Assembly (NCBI GenBank): GCA_965649225.1
Contig: CBFGJX010000005.1
Coordinates: forward strand, 1 to 64,000
Length of the DNA stretch: 64,000 nt
Reading direction: 5' to 3'
Origin: a candidate division WOR-3 bacterium
Lineage (GTDB): Bacteria; Hydrothermota; Tepidihabitantia; Tepidihabitantales; Tepidihabitantaceae
The notes under the pieces are model-generated. The model was not told the DNA's origin and searched no databases. It saw only the letters and a program-made list of their open reading frames with translations. Made by a program: the position numbers and the translations under genes. Below are positions 38,720 through 48,733 of this stretch, piece by piece. How positions within the stretch are numbered: position 1 is the stretch's first letter; each line of letters starts with the position of its first letter.

Positions 38720-40582
38720 ATGACGTTGCTCGATCAGGTTCAGTCGCCGGCTGACCTGCGGCGGATGAGTATCGCTCAGCTGCAGACGCTTGCCGGTGAA
38801 ATACGGCAGTTGATAATCGAAACCACTGCGCGTAATGGTGGTCATACTGCCCCCAGTCTCGGAGTCGTCGAGTTGACGATTGCGCTGCATCGGGTGTTCG
38901 ACACTCCACATGATCTGGTTGTCTGGGATGTCGGGCACCAGTGCTATGCCCACAAGATCATTACCGGGCGCAAGGATCGTTTTCCGACGCTGCGGCAGCA
39001 GGGTGGGATTGCCGGGTTTCCCAAACGGGGTGAAAGTGTCTATGACGTCTGGGATACCGGGCACTCGGGCGATTCGATTTCCGTGGCACTGGGGCTGGCA
39101 GCCGCCGCGCGGCTGCGCGGCGAGCGGCGCCGGGCAGTGGCGGTGATTGGCGACGGCTCAGCAGCAGCCGGTCTGGCCTTTGAGGGTCTGAATCATGCCG
39201 GTTCGGCCGGACTGGATGTCACGGTTGTGTTGAACGACAACGAGATGTCAATCGGGCCGACTACCGGCGCGCTGGCGACGTATCTGAACCGGATAATTAC
39301 CGGCAAGATGTACAACCGGCTGCGGGCCGATGTCTGGAATCTGCTTGGTCTGTTGCCGTCTGACCTCAGTGGCCGGTCGCGACTGGCAGCCCGGAAGCTT
39401 CAGGAGGGTTTGAAGAATCTCCTGGTGCCAAGTCTGTTGTTTGAGGAGCTTGGTTTTCGCTATCTCGGGCCGGTTGACGGGCACGATCTGCCGCGACTGA
39501 TTGAGATTCTGTCCCGGGCGCGCAGTTTGTCGGGGCCGGTGCTGGTCCATGTTGTCACCCGGAAGGGTCAAGGCTATGAGCCGGCTCGGCGTGAGCCGGA
39601 ACGTTTCCACGGTACCGGTCCGTTTGATCCCCGGAGTGGGAATGCCTGCTCCGGGACGGCTGCAACCTTCACCAGTGCTTTTGGGCGGGCAATAGTCCAG
39701 CTGGCTGAGGGGGATTCACGAATAGTGGCGATTACCGCCGGGATGTGTCTTGGCACCGGTCTTGCCGAGTTTCGGACCCGGTTTCCGGAAAGGTTCTTCG
39801 ATGTCGGTATCTGCGAGCAGCATGCCGTGGTTTTTGCGGCGGCACTTGCTTCGACTGGAATCAGGCCGATTGTCGCGGTCTACTCAACGTTTCTTGCCCG
39901 CGCTGTCGACCAATTGATTGCCGACGTTGCACTACAGCGCGCGCCGGTGGTGCTGGCAGTTGACCGGGCCGGTCTGGTCGGAGAGGATGGACCGACCCAT
40001 CACGGTGTCTTTGACCTCAGTTATCTGCTGATGGTGCCGGAGATGACGGTCATGGCTCCGGCTGATGAATCGGAGTTTGAGTTGATGCTGAAGCACGCGG
40101 TCGGCCATACCGCGGGGCCAGTTGCGCTGCGTTATCCACGCGGTGGTTCCGGTCTGTGCCGGACGCCAGCGCCGGTTGAACATGGCCGGGCCGAAGTGTG
40201 CCGAAACGGTTCCGATGGCTGGATTGTGGCGTTGGGGTCGATGGTCGGCCCGGCGATTGCGGCCGCAGATGCTATTGCCAGTTCCAGTGGGCTGCAGCTG
40301 GGCGTTGTCAATGCCCGTTTCGCAAAGCCGCTGGATCGGGAACTGATTTTGTCGCTGCTGGCATCGGGATTGCCGATTGCAACGGTAGAGGAGAATGTTC
40401 TGAGCGGCGGATTCGGCGATGCCGTTGCCCGACTGAATAGTGTGACGAAGCGGGTGCCGATACTGCAGCTCGGACTGCCGGATGAATTCATTGAGCACGG
40501 GTCGCGCGCGGCACTGCTGGAGCAGGTTGGGCTGGACGCAGTGGGTCTGGCGCAAAGGTTGAGTAGTTTCTTCAGGAAATGA
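38720..40582 (+). CDS. dxs: 1-deoxy-D-xylulose-5-phosphate synthase
   Basis: GGH..PSLG, WDVGHQ.Y.HK, GDG..LNDNEMSI, GEDGPTH. Confidence 0.98.
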   Translation: MTLLDQVQSPADLRRMSIAQLQTLAGEIRQLIIETTARNGGHTAPSLGVVELTIALHRVFDTPHDLVVWDVGHQCYAHKIITGRKDRFPTLRQQGGIAGFPKRGESVYDVWDTGHSGDSISVALGLAAAARLRGERRRAVAVIGDGSAAAGLAFEGLNHAGSAGLDVTVVLNDNEMSIGPTTGALATYLNRIITGKMYNRLRADVWNLLGLLPSDLSGRSRLAARKLQEGLKNLLVPSLLFEELGFRYLGPVDGHDLPRLIEILSRARSLSGPVLVHVVTRKGQGYEPARREPERFHGTGPFDPRSGNACSGTAATFTSAFGRAIVQLAEGDSRIVAITAGMCLGTGLAEFRTRFPERFFDVGICEQHAVVFAAALASTGIRPIVAVYSTFLARAVDQLIADVALQRAPVVLAVDRAGLVGEDGPTHHGVFDLSYLLMVPEMTVMAPADESEFELMLKHAVGHTAGPVALRYPRGGSGLCRTPAPVEHGRAEVCRNGSDGWIVALGSMVGPAIAAADAIASSSGLQLGVVNARFAKPLDRELILSLLASGLPIATVEENVLSGGFGDAVARLNSVTKRVPILQLGLPDEFIEHGSRAALLEQVGLDAVGLAQRLSSFFRK

Positions 40583-43500
40583 GTCGAGCGTCCGGAGTTG
40601 TCCGACAGCCGTTGCTGCTGTTGATCGTGCTGCTTTCGACAGCAGCCGCCCAGTCGCTTTATGAGCAGGAGCGGGTTGTGCCCCGTCCGGACTACCAGAA
40701 CGGGGTGGTGTATCTGGAGCGCTGGCGCGGCGAACGGTACCTGGGTCTGGAGCAGGTGCTGCCGCTGACAGAGTATCTCTCTTGGGAGGTCGGCAGTACG
40801 CTGCGTTCCGGCTGGCAGGAGCGGGTCCGGCGCGAGGGCGACAAACGACGACTGATGACCGATGTTTCAGGCTTGATCCCCGATATCGAGCTGCCCCGTC
40901 TGCCGATATTTGGCGAAGGCAGCCGAATCGATATATCGGGGAGGGATCGGATTACTGTAGGGGGGAGACAGACTTTTCAACGCGGCACTTTCGGTGGCGC
41001 CTCACGGGGATTGTTGCCGGAGCTGAAACTGGAGCAGCAGCTGGCGGTGACCTTGAACGGTACGATCGGTGACCGGACGAAGGTCAACATTGATCATGAC
41101 TCGGAGCGTGACCAGGCCAAGAACAAGGTCAAGCTGACATACACCGGTACTGAAGATGAAATCGTCCAGTCGGTCGAACTGGGCGATACCAGACTGTCGA
41201 TACCCGGCACCGGTTATACCGGCGACCTGCCGGCACTGCAGGGCCTTTTCGGGGCAACGGCAAAAGGAAAGCTGGCGGGAGTTGACGTCTATGCTGTCGC
41301 CTCGCGTGAGGAATCCCAGGGGCAGAGTCAGAGTTTCTCCGGTCGCCGGCGGGTTTTTGTCGACACGATCCGCTGCGACCGTTACCTGGTACGTCGGTTC
41401 TACCGATTGCCGGTCGAGGGGACGATTCGTACTCTGCGGGTGTACGTCGACGACAAAAACCCGCTCAACAATCAGGCCGCCCAACCGGCCATCGCGACGA
41501 CACTGCTTTCTCACCCTGAGTCGGTGCCGGCAAACTGGAATTATGACCGGGCAGCCGGTGATTTTGACCTGAAGACGCTCGGACGCGACTATTTTGTTCA
41601 TCCCAACAATGTTATCGAGTTTGCCACCGCTCTCGGTTCGAACCACGTTGCCGGATTTGTCGCCTATACGGCGACTGAGTCGCTGGGCGGACGCTACCGG
41701 GGTGACACGCTGATTATCGCGATGTTGAAGCCCGAGCTGGTGGATTCGCTGTCCGGAGTCTGGGATTGCGAGATGCGCAACGTCTATGGTTTGTCTCAGA
41801 CCGGGGTGACTTTGAAATCGTTGCGGATTTACCTCGACCTGCCTTCCGGGCAGGATCCTGAAACCGATACCGCTGGTCTCAATGCCGGCCGTCGATTTAC
41901 CCAGATTCTCGGGCTGGATCCGGATGGCGACGGTCGAATTCAGTATCCAGAGTTTGAGGCCAGCACCGGGCTGATCCGTTTCCCTGGACGGCGTCCGTTT
42001 GACACTTCGGCGCTGTCGGTACGCGACCGAGTCATCTACCGGAAAGATCCGCAGACCTTGTTACCCGGTGAGGGACGGTTCTACTACATGGTCGCCGAGT
42101 ACTCGAGTGCAGTCAGTTCGTACTACCTTGGACAGCCGGACATAACCGAAGGTTCGGAAAAGGTTTTCGTCGACGGCCGACAGCTGACCCGCGGCAGCGA
42201 CTACACAATTGATTACAAGTCAGGTGTGGTGACGTTCGTCGGCGATCTGCCGGCCGATGCGGACATCCGGGTCACTTATGAGTACCGACCACTGTTTTCA
42301 ATCGCCCAGAAGGCAGTAATTGGAACCCGGGCTGAAACCAAGCTTGGGGAGCGGGGCAAGGCTGGGGCGAGTCTGTTCTATCGCAGTGAGGGGACCGGTG
42401 AGGAGAAGCCAAGTCTGGGCAGTGAACCGTTCACCCGGACGATTGCCGAAGCAGATGCCAGCTGGTCGTTCGTTTCCGAGCAGGCAGCCGCCTTTCTGGA
42501 CGGGTTGCCGCTGCTGCGGGCGCAGACACCGGTGAGTGTTTCGGCTTCCACCGAGGCGGCCGTGTCGCTGCCGAATCCGAACACGCGTGGTTCGGCCTGG
42601 CTGGACGATTTTCAAGGCACCAATGTCCGCCGCAGCGTTGTGCTCAGCTCCATACTCTGGTCCTTTGCTTCAGTTCCGGCCGGCCGTGACACTGCAGGTT
42701 TTGCCAGTGTGCCGCTGCGTTGGTATAACCCGCCGTTCCGGGCCGATACCTTTGCCGGCCCTTATTCCGGTGGAGGCAGAGAGCTGGAGGACGAAGTCCC
42801 GAGTTTGATGCGGGTAGTTTTCGATCCCACGGCCCGCCCCGATGTCTGGGCCGGGATTATGACCAACGTTTCGCAGATTGGCATGAACCTGCGTGATGTT
42901 GAGAATCTGCAGCTGGTGTTGCGTTCGCGGCGGGGTCGAGGACGGATTCATGTCTCGATCGGCATGAGCATTGACGAAGATGCTCCCCGGCGTTCGCGGC
43001 GCGGCCGGATTGTCGGCTACAACGGTGTGCTTGATTCCGAAGACCGGGATGGCAACGGGCAGATCGATATCTCGGAGGATACCGGATTGGACGGTGTCCC
43101 GGGGCCGGATTCGCTGTACGAGCAGAACCCGGACGATGACGGCAACGATGACTACCATGTTACGGAGAATCCGAACGGAACTGAGGGCAACAACCGACTG
43201 GATTCCGAGGACCTGGACCGCAATGGTTTCTCGCGCTACAACCACTACTTTGAGTTCACCGTTGAGCTTGGCGACGAGCGTTACTTCTCTTCGTTGCGCA
43301 ACGGCTGGCAGCTCTGTCGAATCAGCCTGCGGGACAGCCTGCTTTTTACCGTTGTCGGACAGCCCAAGTGGGAAGACATCAGGACCGTGCGCTTCTGGCT
43401 TGATGGCTTCGATGGCCCCGACACTATTGATCTCTACTCGATGGAGTTTACGGGTACGAGCTGGCTCAGCCCGACTGTGCGGCCATTGCGCCCGACCAAT

Positions 43501-46125
43501 CTGATACCGGTTGACACCAGCGAAAAAGTCTGGGTTGCCGAAATCTCACGCAAGACCGACACCAGCTATGTCCCGCCCGTCGAGCCACGCCGTGACCTGC
43601 AAGGCCAGTACCAGATCGATCCCGGACTCCTGTTCGGTTACCGTAATCTCTACGGCAACCGGCGGGCGCTTGTCAGCAAGGCAACGACGGAACGCGAAGA
43701 CTATCGCGATTACACTGACCTGCGGGTTTACGTTCACGACGATGGCAACAATCTAGGCTGGCTGCTGCGACTTGGCAGTGATACCGCTAACTTCTACGAG
43801 TTCGCGGCCCCGATTACCAGCGGGATGCCGGTACCGGGCAGAGACGGACGCTGGTATGAGTTTGTGGTTCGGCTCGATTCCTTTCCGCCCTTGAAACCGA
43901 GGCGTGATTCTGCTCAAGCCACCGGTATCTGGGGCGACGGCCGCTACCGGGTACTCGGTTTTCCGTCGTTGTCAGATATCCGCTATACCGCCATCGGCAT
44001 TGACAACCCGGGCGAGCGCAAGCTTTCCGGTGGCGTGTGGTTCGATGAATTGCGGCTGGCTGGCGCGCGTCGCGAGCCGGGGTACGGATTCCAGGCCCGG
44101 ACAGCATTGACGCTGTCTGATTTCGGCAGCGCGGCCGTCAGCTACAGCTACTCGGACCCGAATTTCCGCCGTTTCAGCGAAGGCCGGGGAGTGCGAGCCG
44201 GCGGTTTCGGCGATAATCTGTCATTCAGCGCTCAGGCGAATATCGACCGGTTCCTGCCTCAGGATTGGGGTTTGTCACTGCCGTTCAGCTATACGATGGC
44301 GCGGCTCGGCAGTGAACCCAAATACTCGCCGGTGTACCCTGATCTGCGACTGGCTGAGATCGGTGCCGCTGCCGATACTTTGCGTTCGGTCGGGTGGTCG
44401 GAAGAACTTGCGTTAAGCAACGTACGCAAGAGTCGTTCCAAGAGCAAAGTTCTGAACTATACGCTCGAAGCAATGGGGCTTTCGTGGCGGCGGCGCCGGG
44501 CGGCCAGTCAAAGCCCGCTGGCCCGGGATTCCACTTTCAGCCGGTCGCTGCAATGGAGCTGGGCAGTCAATCCTGACTGGAAGGTTGAGCTGGGCGAAAC
44601 CGAACTGGCGCTTTTCCCCCAGAGTGTTCAGCTCGGTCTGGCTAACGGTTATCAGCTTGGAGTACGCGGGACCCGGTTGCGGGCTGACAGTCTGTTCCGC
44701 TTCGATACTCTGCTTGGCAACGTCGTCACCGCCAACTTTTCGACCGAGTATTCGCCGTTGGAGGACCTGACGTTCGAGTATTCGGATGAGGCTGAACGCG
44801 ACCTGATTGTGCCCAATCCGGACAGCTTGCTGTTTGTCAAACTCGGCAGCGAAGCGGGGCGGGAGCAGAGTTTCGGCGCATCGTGGAACGTGGAGATTGC
44901 CGACTGGCTGAACCCGAGTTTCGATTACAATGCCGAGTATGATGACGAGCGGCCGAAGACTGGTCAGCGTTACGCTGACTATCGTAATATCGGCAACAGC
45001 GGTGATCTTGATGTTTCGCTCGGCCTTGACCTGCCGGAGTTGCTGGGCCGGGTGAAGCCGCCATCACCGAAACCGAAAGCTGCTCCGTCGCCTGAGGGCG
45101 ACTCGGCCGCCGGCGGCGACAAGACGGTCAAAGTGTCCGCAACTCCGCTTGACGGACTCCGGCGGGCTGCCAACTTCCTGTCGCGTTCGCTGGAAACGGT
45201 TGATGCCAGCTGGAGTCTGAGCCGGAACAGCGATATTCTCGGCATTGCAACCAGCGCCCCGTGGCATTACCGGCTTGGGTTCTCGGATCGATTTGACTAT
45301 GACAGCCTCCGTCCGCCAACCGCTGCGACCCGGGAATTGCGTCAGACTGCCCGGGTTTCTTCCGGGGCGCGGCTGGGCGATTTCAGCGCTCGGCTGGGGT
45401 GGGACTGGTCAGTGGGGCGTAACTCCAATGCCATGCTCAACCAAACAATCATTGACCGCAGCGCGACCTTCCCGGACGCTCAGTTGACGCTGGGACGACT
45501 GCAGCGATTGTTCGCCCGGCACGCTTCCGATTCGAAGCTGACGACCTCGTGGCGCCGGCGTCAGGATTTGGGTGGAACTGCAATCAGTTTCGAGGGAGGA
45601 GAGAGTCTGGCGATGGTGGGTCGGACCGATCGAAGCAGCGACGATTTCAATCCGCTGTTGTCCTGGCAGACGACCTGGAAGAAGCGGGTCGGCACGACGG
45701 TTGCGCTTAACTACAGTCACACATCCGCCACCAACTATCTGGCGGAGAACGGTCTGCGGCGCAACGTGACCGACACCCGCACTCGGGGCGGCAATCTCTC
45801 GCTGTCTTATAGTTTCTCGGCACCGCAGGGGATAAAGCTGCCGTTACTGAGCAGGGTGAAATTCACTTCCGACCTCTCGTTGAGTGCAACGATGCGCTAT
45901 TCCAATTCCACCGGCCGACTGTATCAGTACAATGAACTTGGGACACTGGCTGACACAACCGCACTTTCCAACGACAATTCCTTCGGGACGACACTGGCGG
46001 CATCGTACCGGTTCTCCCGCAGCATTGAGGCCGGGCTCAATTCTGGCTACAGCTACAGCAAGGGTCTGACACCAATAGTCACTGAGACATTCGATCTCAA
46101 CCTCTGGGTTCTCTTCCGCTTCTGA
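40579..46125 (+). CDS. sprA: SprA/Sov-like type IX secretion translocon (very large OM barrel)
   Basis: 1848 aa; signal peptide; GTIGD.....D.DSER, KL.Y.G.EDEIVQSVELG, GLFG, I.EGSE.V..G..L.RG.DY.IDY.SG, PNPNT.G.A.LDDF, DSED.D.NG, W.DIR.VR.W, VWFDELRL; terminal Phe. Confidence 0.85.
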   Translation: MSRASGVVRQPLLLLIVLLSTAAAQSLYEQERVVPRPDYQNGVVYLERWRGERYLGLEQVLPLTEYLSWEVGSTLRSGWQERVRREGDKRRLMTDVSGLIPDIELPRLPIFGEGSRIDISGRDRITVGGRQTFQRGTFGGASRGLLPELKLEQQLAVTLNGTIGDRTKVNIDHDSERDQAKNKVKLTYTGTEDEIVQSVELGDTRLSIPGTGYTGDLPALQGLFGATAKGKLAGVDVYAVASREESQGQSQSFSGRRRVFVDTIRCDRYLVRRFYRLPVEGTIRTLRVYVDDKNPLNNQAAQPAIATTLLSHPESVPANWNYDRAAGDFDLKTLGRDYFVHPNNVIEFATALGSNHVAGFVAYTATESLGGRYRGDTLIIAMLKPELVDSLSGVWDCEMRNVYGLSQTGVTLKSLRIYLDLPSGQDPETDTAGLNAGRRFTQILGLDPDGDGRIQYPEFEASTGLIRFPGRRPFDTSALSVRDRVIYRKDPQTLLPGEGRFYYMVAEYSSAVSSYYLGQPDITEGSEKVFVDGRQLTRGSDYTIDYKSGVVTFVGDLPADADIRVTYEYRPLFSIAQKAVIGTRAETKLGERGKAGASLFYRSEGTGEEKPSLGSEPFTRTIAEADASWSFVSEQAAAFLDGLPLLRAQTPVSVSASTEAAVSLPNPNTRGSAWLDDFQGTNVRRSVVLSSILWSFASVPAGRDTAGFASVPLRWYNPPFRADTFAGPYSGGGRELEDEVPSLMRVVFDPTARPDVWAGIMTNVSQIGMNLRDVENLQLVLRSRRGRGRIHVSIGMSIDEDAPRRSRRGRIVGYNGVLDSEDRDGNGQIDISEDTGLDGVPGPDSLYEQNPDDDGNDDYHVTENPNGTEGNNRLDSEDLDRNGFSRYNHYFEFTVELGDERYFSSLRNGWQLCRISLRDSLLFTVVGQPKWEDIRTVRFWLDGFDGPDTIDLYSMEFTGTSWLSPTVRPLRPTNLIPVDTSEKVWVAEISRKTDTSYVPPVEPRRDLQGQYQIDPGLLFGYRNLYGNRRALVSKATTEREDYRDYTDLRVYVHDDGNNLGWLLRLGSDTANFYEFAAPITSGMPVPGRDGRWYEFVVRLDSFPPLKPRRDSAQATGIWGDGRYRVLGFPSLSDIRYTAIGIDNPGERKLSGGVWFDELRLAGARREPGYGFQARTALTLSDFGSAAVSYSYSDPNFRRFSEGRGVRAGGFGDNLSFSAQANIDRFLPQDWGLSLPFSYTMARLGSEPKYSPVYPDLRLAEIGAAADTLRSVGWSEELALSNVRKSRSKSKVLNYTLEAMGLSWRRRRAASQSPLARDSTFSRSLQWSWAVNPDWKVELGETELALFPQSVQLGLANGYQLGVRGTRLRADSLFRFDTLLGNVVTANFSTEYSPLEDLTFEYSDEAERDLIVPNPDSLLFVKLGSEAGREQSFGASWNVEIADWLNPSFDYNAEYDDERPKTGQRYADYRNIGNSGDLDVSLGLDLPELLGRVKPPSPKPKAAPSPEGDSAAGGDKTVKVSATPLDGLRRAANFLSRSLETVDASWSLSRNSDILGIATSAPWHYRLGFSDRFDYDSLRPPTAATRELRQTARVSSGARLGDFSARLGWDWSVGRNSNAMLNQTIIDRSATFPDAQLTLGRLQRLFARHASDSKLTTSWRRRQDLGGTAISFEGGESLAMVGRTDRSSDDFNPLLSWQTTWKKRVGTTVALNYSHTSATNYLAENGLRRNVTDTRTRGGNLSLSYSFSAPQGIKLPLLSRVKFTSDLSLSATMRYSNSTGRLYQYNELGTLADTTALSNDNSFGTTLAASYRFSRSIEAGLNSGYSYSKGLTPIVTETFDLNLWVLFRF

Positions 46126-46514
46126 TGAATCAGCGCGAGCGCACCGCTCTGATCTTCATCGTGGCGTGTCTCGCTCTTGGAACGGGTGCGACCGTGCTGC
46201 GTAGTGTACGACAGGCCCGTGCCCGGAACAGCATTGTCTTCGCGGACAGCGCAGCATTGGTTGACCAGGTGATCAGGCCCGGTCCCATCAATCTCAATTC
46301 GGCAACCGCGGCCGAATTACAACTGCTGCCCGGTATTGGTCCGGTGCTGGCACAGCGGATTGTGGAATATCGGGGACGCTGCGGTCCGTTCCGGCGCGTT
46401 GCCGATCTGCAGTCGGTGACGGGTATCGGCCCGAAACGACTGGCGTTGCTGGCGGAGCTAGTTACGGTCGGCTCGGACTCGGTTCAGCCCCGGGCGTGCG
46501 GCGCAGGGCGTTGA
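46125..46514 (+). CDS. comEA: ComEA family helix-hairpin-helix DNA-binding protein
   Basis: TM, INLNSATA.EL..LPGIGP.LA.RIV.YR...G.F..V.DL..V.GIG.K. Confidence 0.92.
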   Translation: MNQRERTALIFIVACLALGTGATVLRSVRQARARNSIVFADSAALVDQVIRPGPINLNSATAAELQLLPGIGPVLAQRIVEYRGRCGPFRRVADLQSVTGIGPKRLALLAELVTVGSDSVQPRACGAGR

Positions 46515-47568
46515 GAACAGCATAGTGAAAAAGGTCAGCCGGAACATTCAGCCGGCTGTCCTCGAGTCGCCCAAGCAAATGATGAATGGCCCGGCGGAGA
46601 TACGCGGGTTGGAGCGTCGGTGCCAGTTCGGCAAGTCCCGGCACGGCAGCAGCCAGTGCCGATGCTTGCCCCAGCCGGATACGGAGCGCCGCACGCAACA
46701 GCATGATGAAGGCCCTGGCTGTCGCGGCAGGCGAGATGTCGCGCAGCTGATCGATGGCGCTGAGCAGGGCCCGTGAGCCGCCGGACGCTGCGTTGAGGAA
46801 GTAGTCGACCACCGCCGGGGGCAGGACACTGTCCGGCGATTCAAGGTATCGCCAGGCATTTCCCAACGAACCTTCGGCGAGAGCGGCAGCCAGGGATGCC
46901 GCCTTGGGGTCGGCACCGGCAGCGACAAGCTGTCCGGTGATAGCTTCTTCAGTCAGTTCGGCGAAGCGTACTGTTTGACAACGCGAACGGATTGTCGGCG
47001 GCAGACTGCCGGGATGCGATGTCGTGAGTATGAAGCTCGTGGCTGACTGCGGCTCTTCAAGAGTCTTCAGCAAAGCATTGGCGGCCTGTTCGCGGAGGGA
47101 GTCGGCGCGCAGAATTATGATGAAGCGACGTCGGGCTGATTGCGGAGCACTGCTGTTTTGTCGGCAGAGCCAGCGGACTGTCCCGATCGGGATGTGGTAG
47201 CTGGGTTCAGATTCGGGCGCACGGCAGGACAGATTCCATTCCGCCGGTTCCGGCGGCGGTTCCTGATTGTCGCCGTCGTCGCTTCGGCGGCGTTGCGGGA
47301 CTGGAAAAGCGATCAGCACATCGGGATGATTGAGTCGGGCGATGAGCCGGCATGACTGGCATTCCCCACAGGGTTTCAACTGCTGCGATTCGCAGTTGAC
47401 CGCTTGGGCAAAGCGCAGCGCGGCGGTGCGTTTGCCGACACCGTCCCGGCCGACGAAAAGCAGTGACGAAACACGGCCAGCGATGAAAGTCCGGTGGAGC
47501 AGGGTCTCGGCGTGTTCCTGGCCAATCAGGCCGAGCTGAAACGGCCGGCGGTCAGTTTCACGGCGCAT
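46462..47568 (-). CDS. holB: DNA polymerase III delta' subunit
   Basis: LF.G..GVGK, C...PCGEC.SC..HPD, AANALLKTLEEP, TIRSRC. Confidence 0.92.
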   Translation of the reverse strand: MRRETDRRPFQLGLIGQEHAETLLHRTFIAGRVSSLLFVGRDGVGKRTAALRFAQAVNCESQQLKPCGECQSCRLIARLNHPDVLIAFPVPQRRRSDDGDNQEPPPEPAEWNLSCRAPESEPSYHIPIGTVRWLCRQNSSAPQSARRRFIIILRADSLREQAANALLKTLEEPQSATSFILTTSHPGSLPPTIRSRCQTVRFAELTEEAITGQLVAAGADPKAASLAAALAEGSLGNAWRYLESPDSVLPPAVVDYFLNAASGGSRALLSAIDQLRDISPAATARAFIMLLRAALRIRLGQASALAAAVPGLAELAPTLQPAYLRRAIHHLLGRLEDSRLNVPADLFHYAVLNALRRTPGAEPSPSRP

Positions 47569-48733
47569 TTTTCAACCAGGGAGCCGGATCAAGCGGGCGT
47601 CCTTCTTTGCGCAGTTCAAAGTGCAGGTAGTCGGCGGCGCGGCCCAGAATCGTCGAGGGGGTGACCGACTGATCGACCGAAACAGCAATTTCAGCCAGAT
47701 TGCCATACAGTGTGTAACAGGCGTCGCCGTGATCGATGATGACGAGATTGCCATAGCCCAGAAAGCGGTCAGCGTAAGCGACCCGACCCGGGGCAACGGC
47801 AAAAACCGGGCTGCTGGAGTCTGTTTTTATGTCAATGCCAAGGTTGTTGGTGCGGGTTTTGTAGCGAGGGTGTACCTGAGACCCGAAGCCGGCGATCACC
47901 GAGCCCTTGACTGGCCAGGGTAGCTTGCCCTTGAGCGCTTCGAGCCCGCCCGTCCCGGATTCTCTTGCCCGCCGGGCCATCAATTCGGCTATCAGGGCTT
48001 GAATCCGCTGGCTCGCAGCCGTCAGTTCTTCGGACAGGGCTCTCTTGGCGGCCTTCTGGGAGCGGATCGATTTTATCGCCGTTGTCTCCGCAGCGCGGGC
48101 GGTGAGCAGATTCCTCTCCTGGGTCAATTGCTCGTTCTGCAGCCGGTCGAGTTCCTCGTAAGCTGCCAGCAGGCGCGCCCGTTGCGTGATGAGTTCGCCG
48201 TTGAGCGTCCGCAGGCGTTCGATGCTGGCGGCGTCAGCACGCGATATCCAGCGGAGATAAAGTGACCGGCGGTAGACTTCGGGTAGCGACCGGGTTGCGA
48301 GTATTGCTTCAAGCGGGAAGAGCCGGCCGTACTTGTAGAGGCGAACCAGTCGCCGGGCAACTGTCTGGCGCAGGCGGGAGACCTCTTCTTCGGTGCTGCG
48401 AATCCTGGCCGCGGTCTGGGCAATGTCAGTGGTCCTCGCCGCAATCTGGGCACGCAGTTCGTTGAGGTAGCGCCGGGTAAGCGTGATGCGGCGGTCCAAG
48501 GCATCAAGTCGGGCGAGCCCGGCCTGTTCGCGCAGAGCAAGCAGCGAATCGTCGCGGCGGGCCTCGTCCAATCGTTGCTGAATGTCACGCAACTGCCGTT
48601 GCTGGTTTTCGATTTCAGCGTCAACGGTCTGGGCATAGGCAACTGTCAAGCCGAGAAGAACAAAAAGAAGCCAGTGTGCGGATCGAGGGACAGCCCGAAG
48701 AGACGAATCGACACCGGTGGCCGAACAGATCAT
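47558..48733 (-). CDS. envC: Murein hydrolase activator EnvC (coiled coil + degenerate M23)
   Basis: KGKLPWPV.G, N.GIDI, YGNL, LHFELR; follows ftsEX. Confidence 0.88.
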   Translation of the reverse strand: MICSATGVDSSLRAVPRSAHWLLFVLLGLTVAYAQTVDAEIENQQRQLRDIQQRLDEARRDDSLLALREQAGLARLDALDRRITLTRRYLNELRAQIAARTTDIAQTAARIRSTEEEVSRLRQTVARRLVRLYKYGRLFPLEAILATRSLPEVYRRSLYLRWISRADAASIERLRTLNGELITQRARLLAAYEELDRLQNEQLTQERNLLTARAAETTAIKSIRSQKAAKRALSEELTAASQRIQALIAELMARRARESGTGGLEALKGKLPWPVKGSVIAGFGSQVHPRYKTRTNNLGIDIKTDSSSPVFAVAPGRVAYADRFLGYGNLVIIDHGDACYTLYGNLAEIAVSVDQSVTPSTILGRAADYLHFELRKEGRPLDPAPWLKNAP

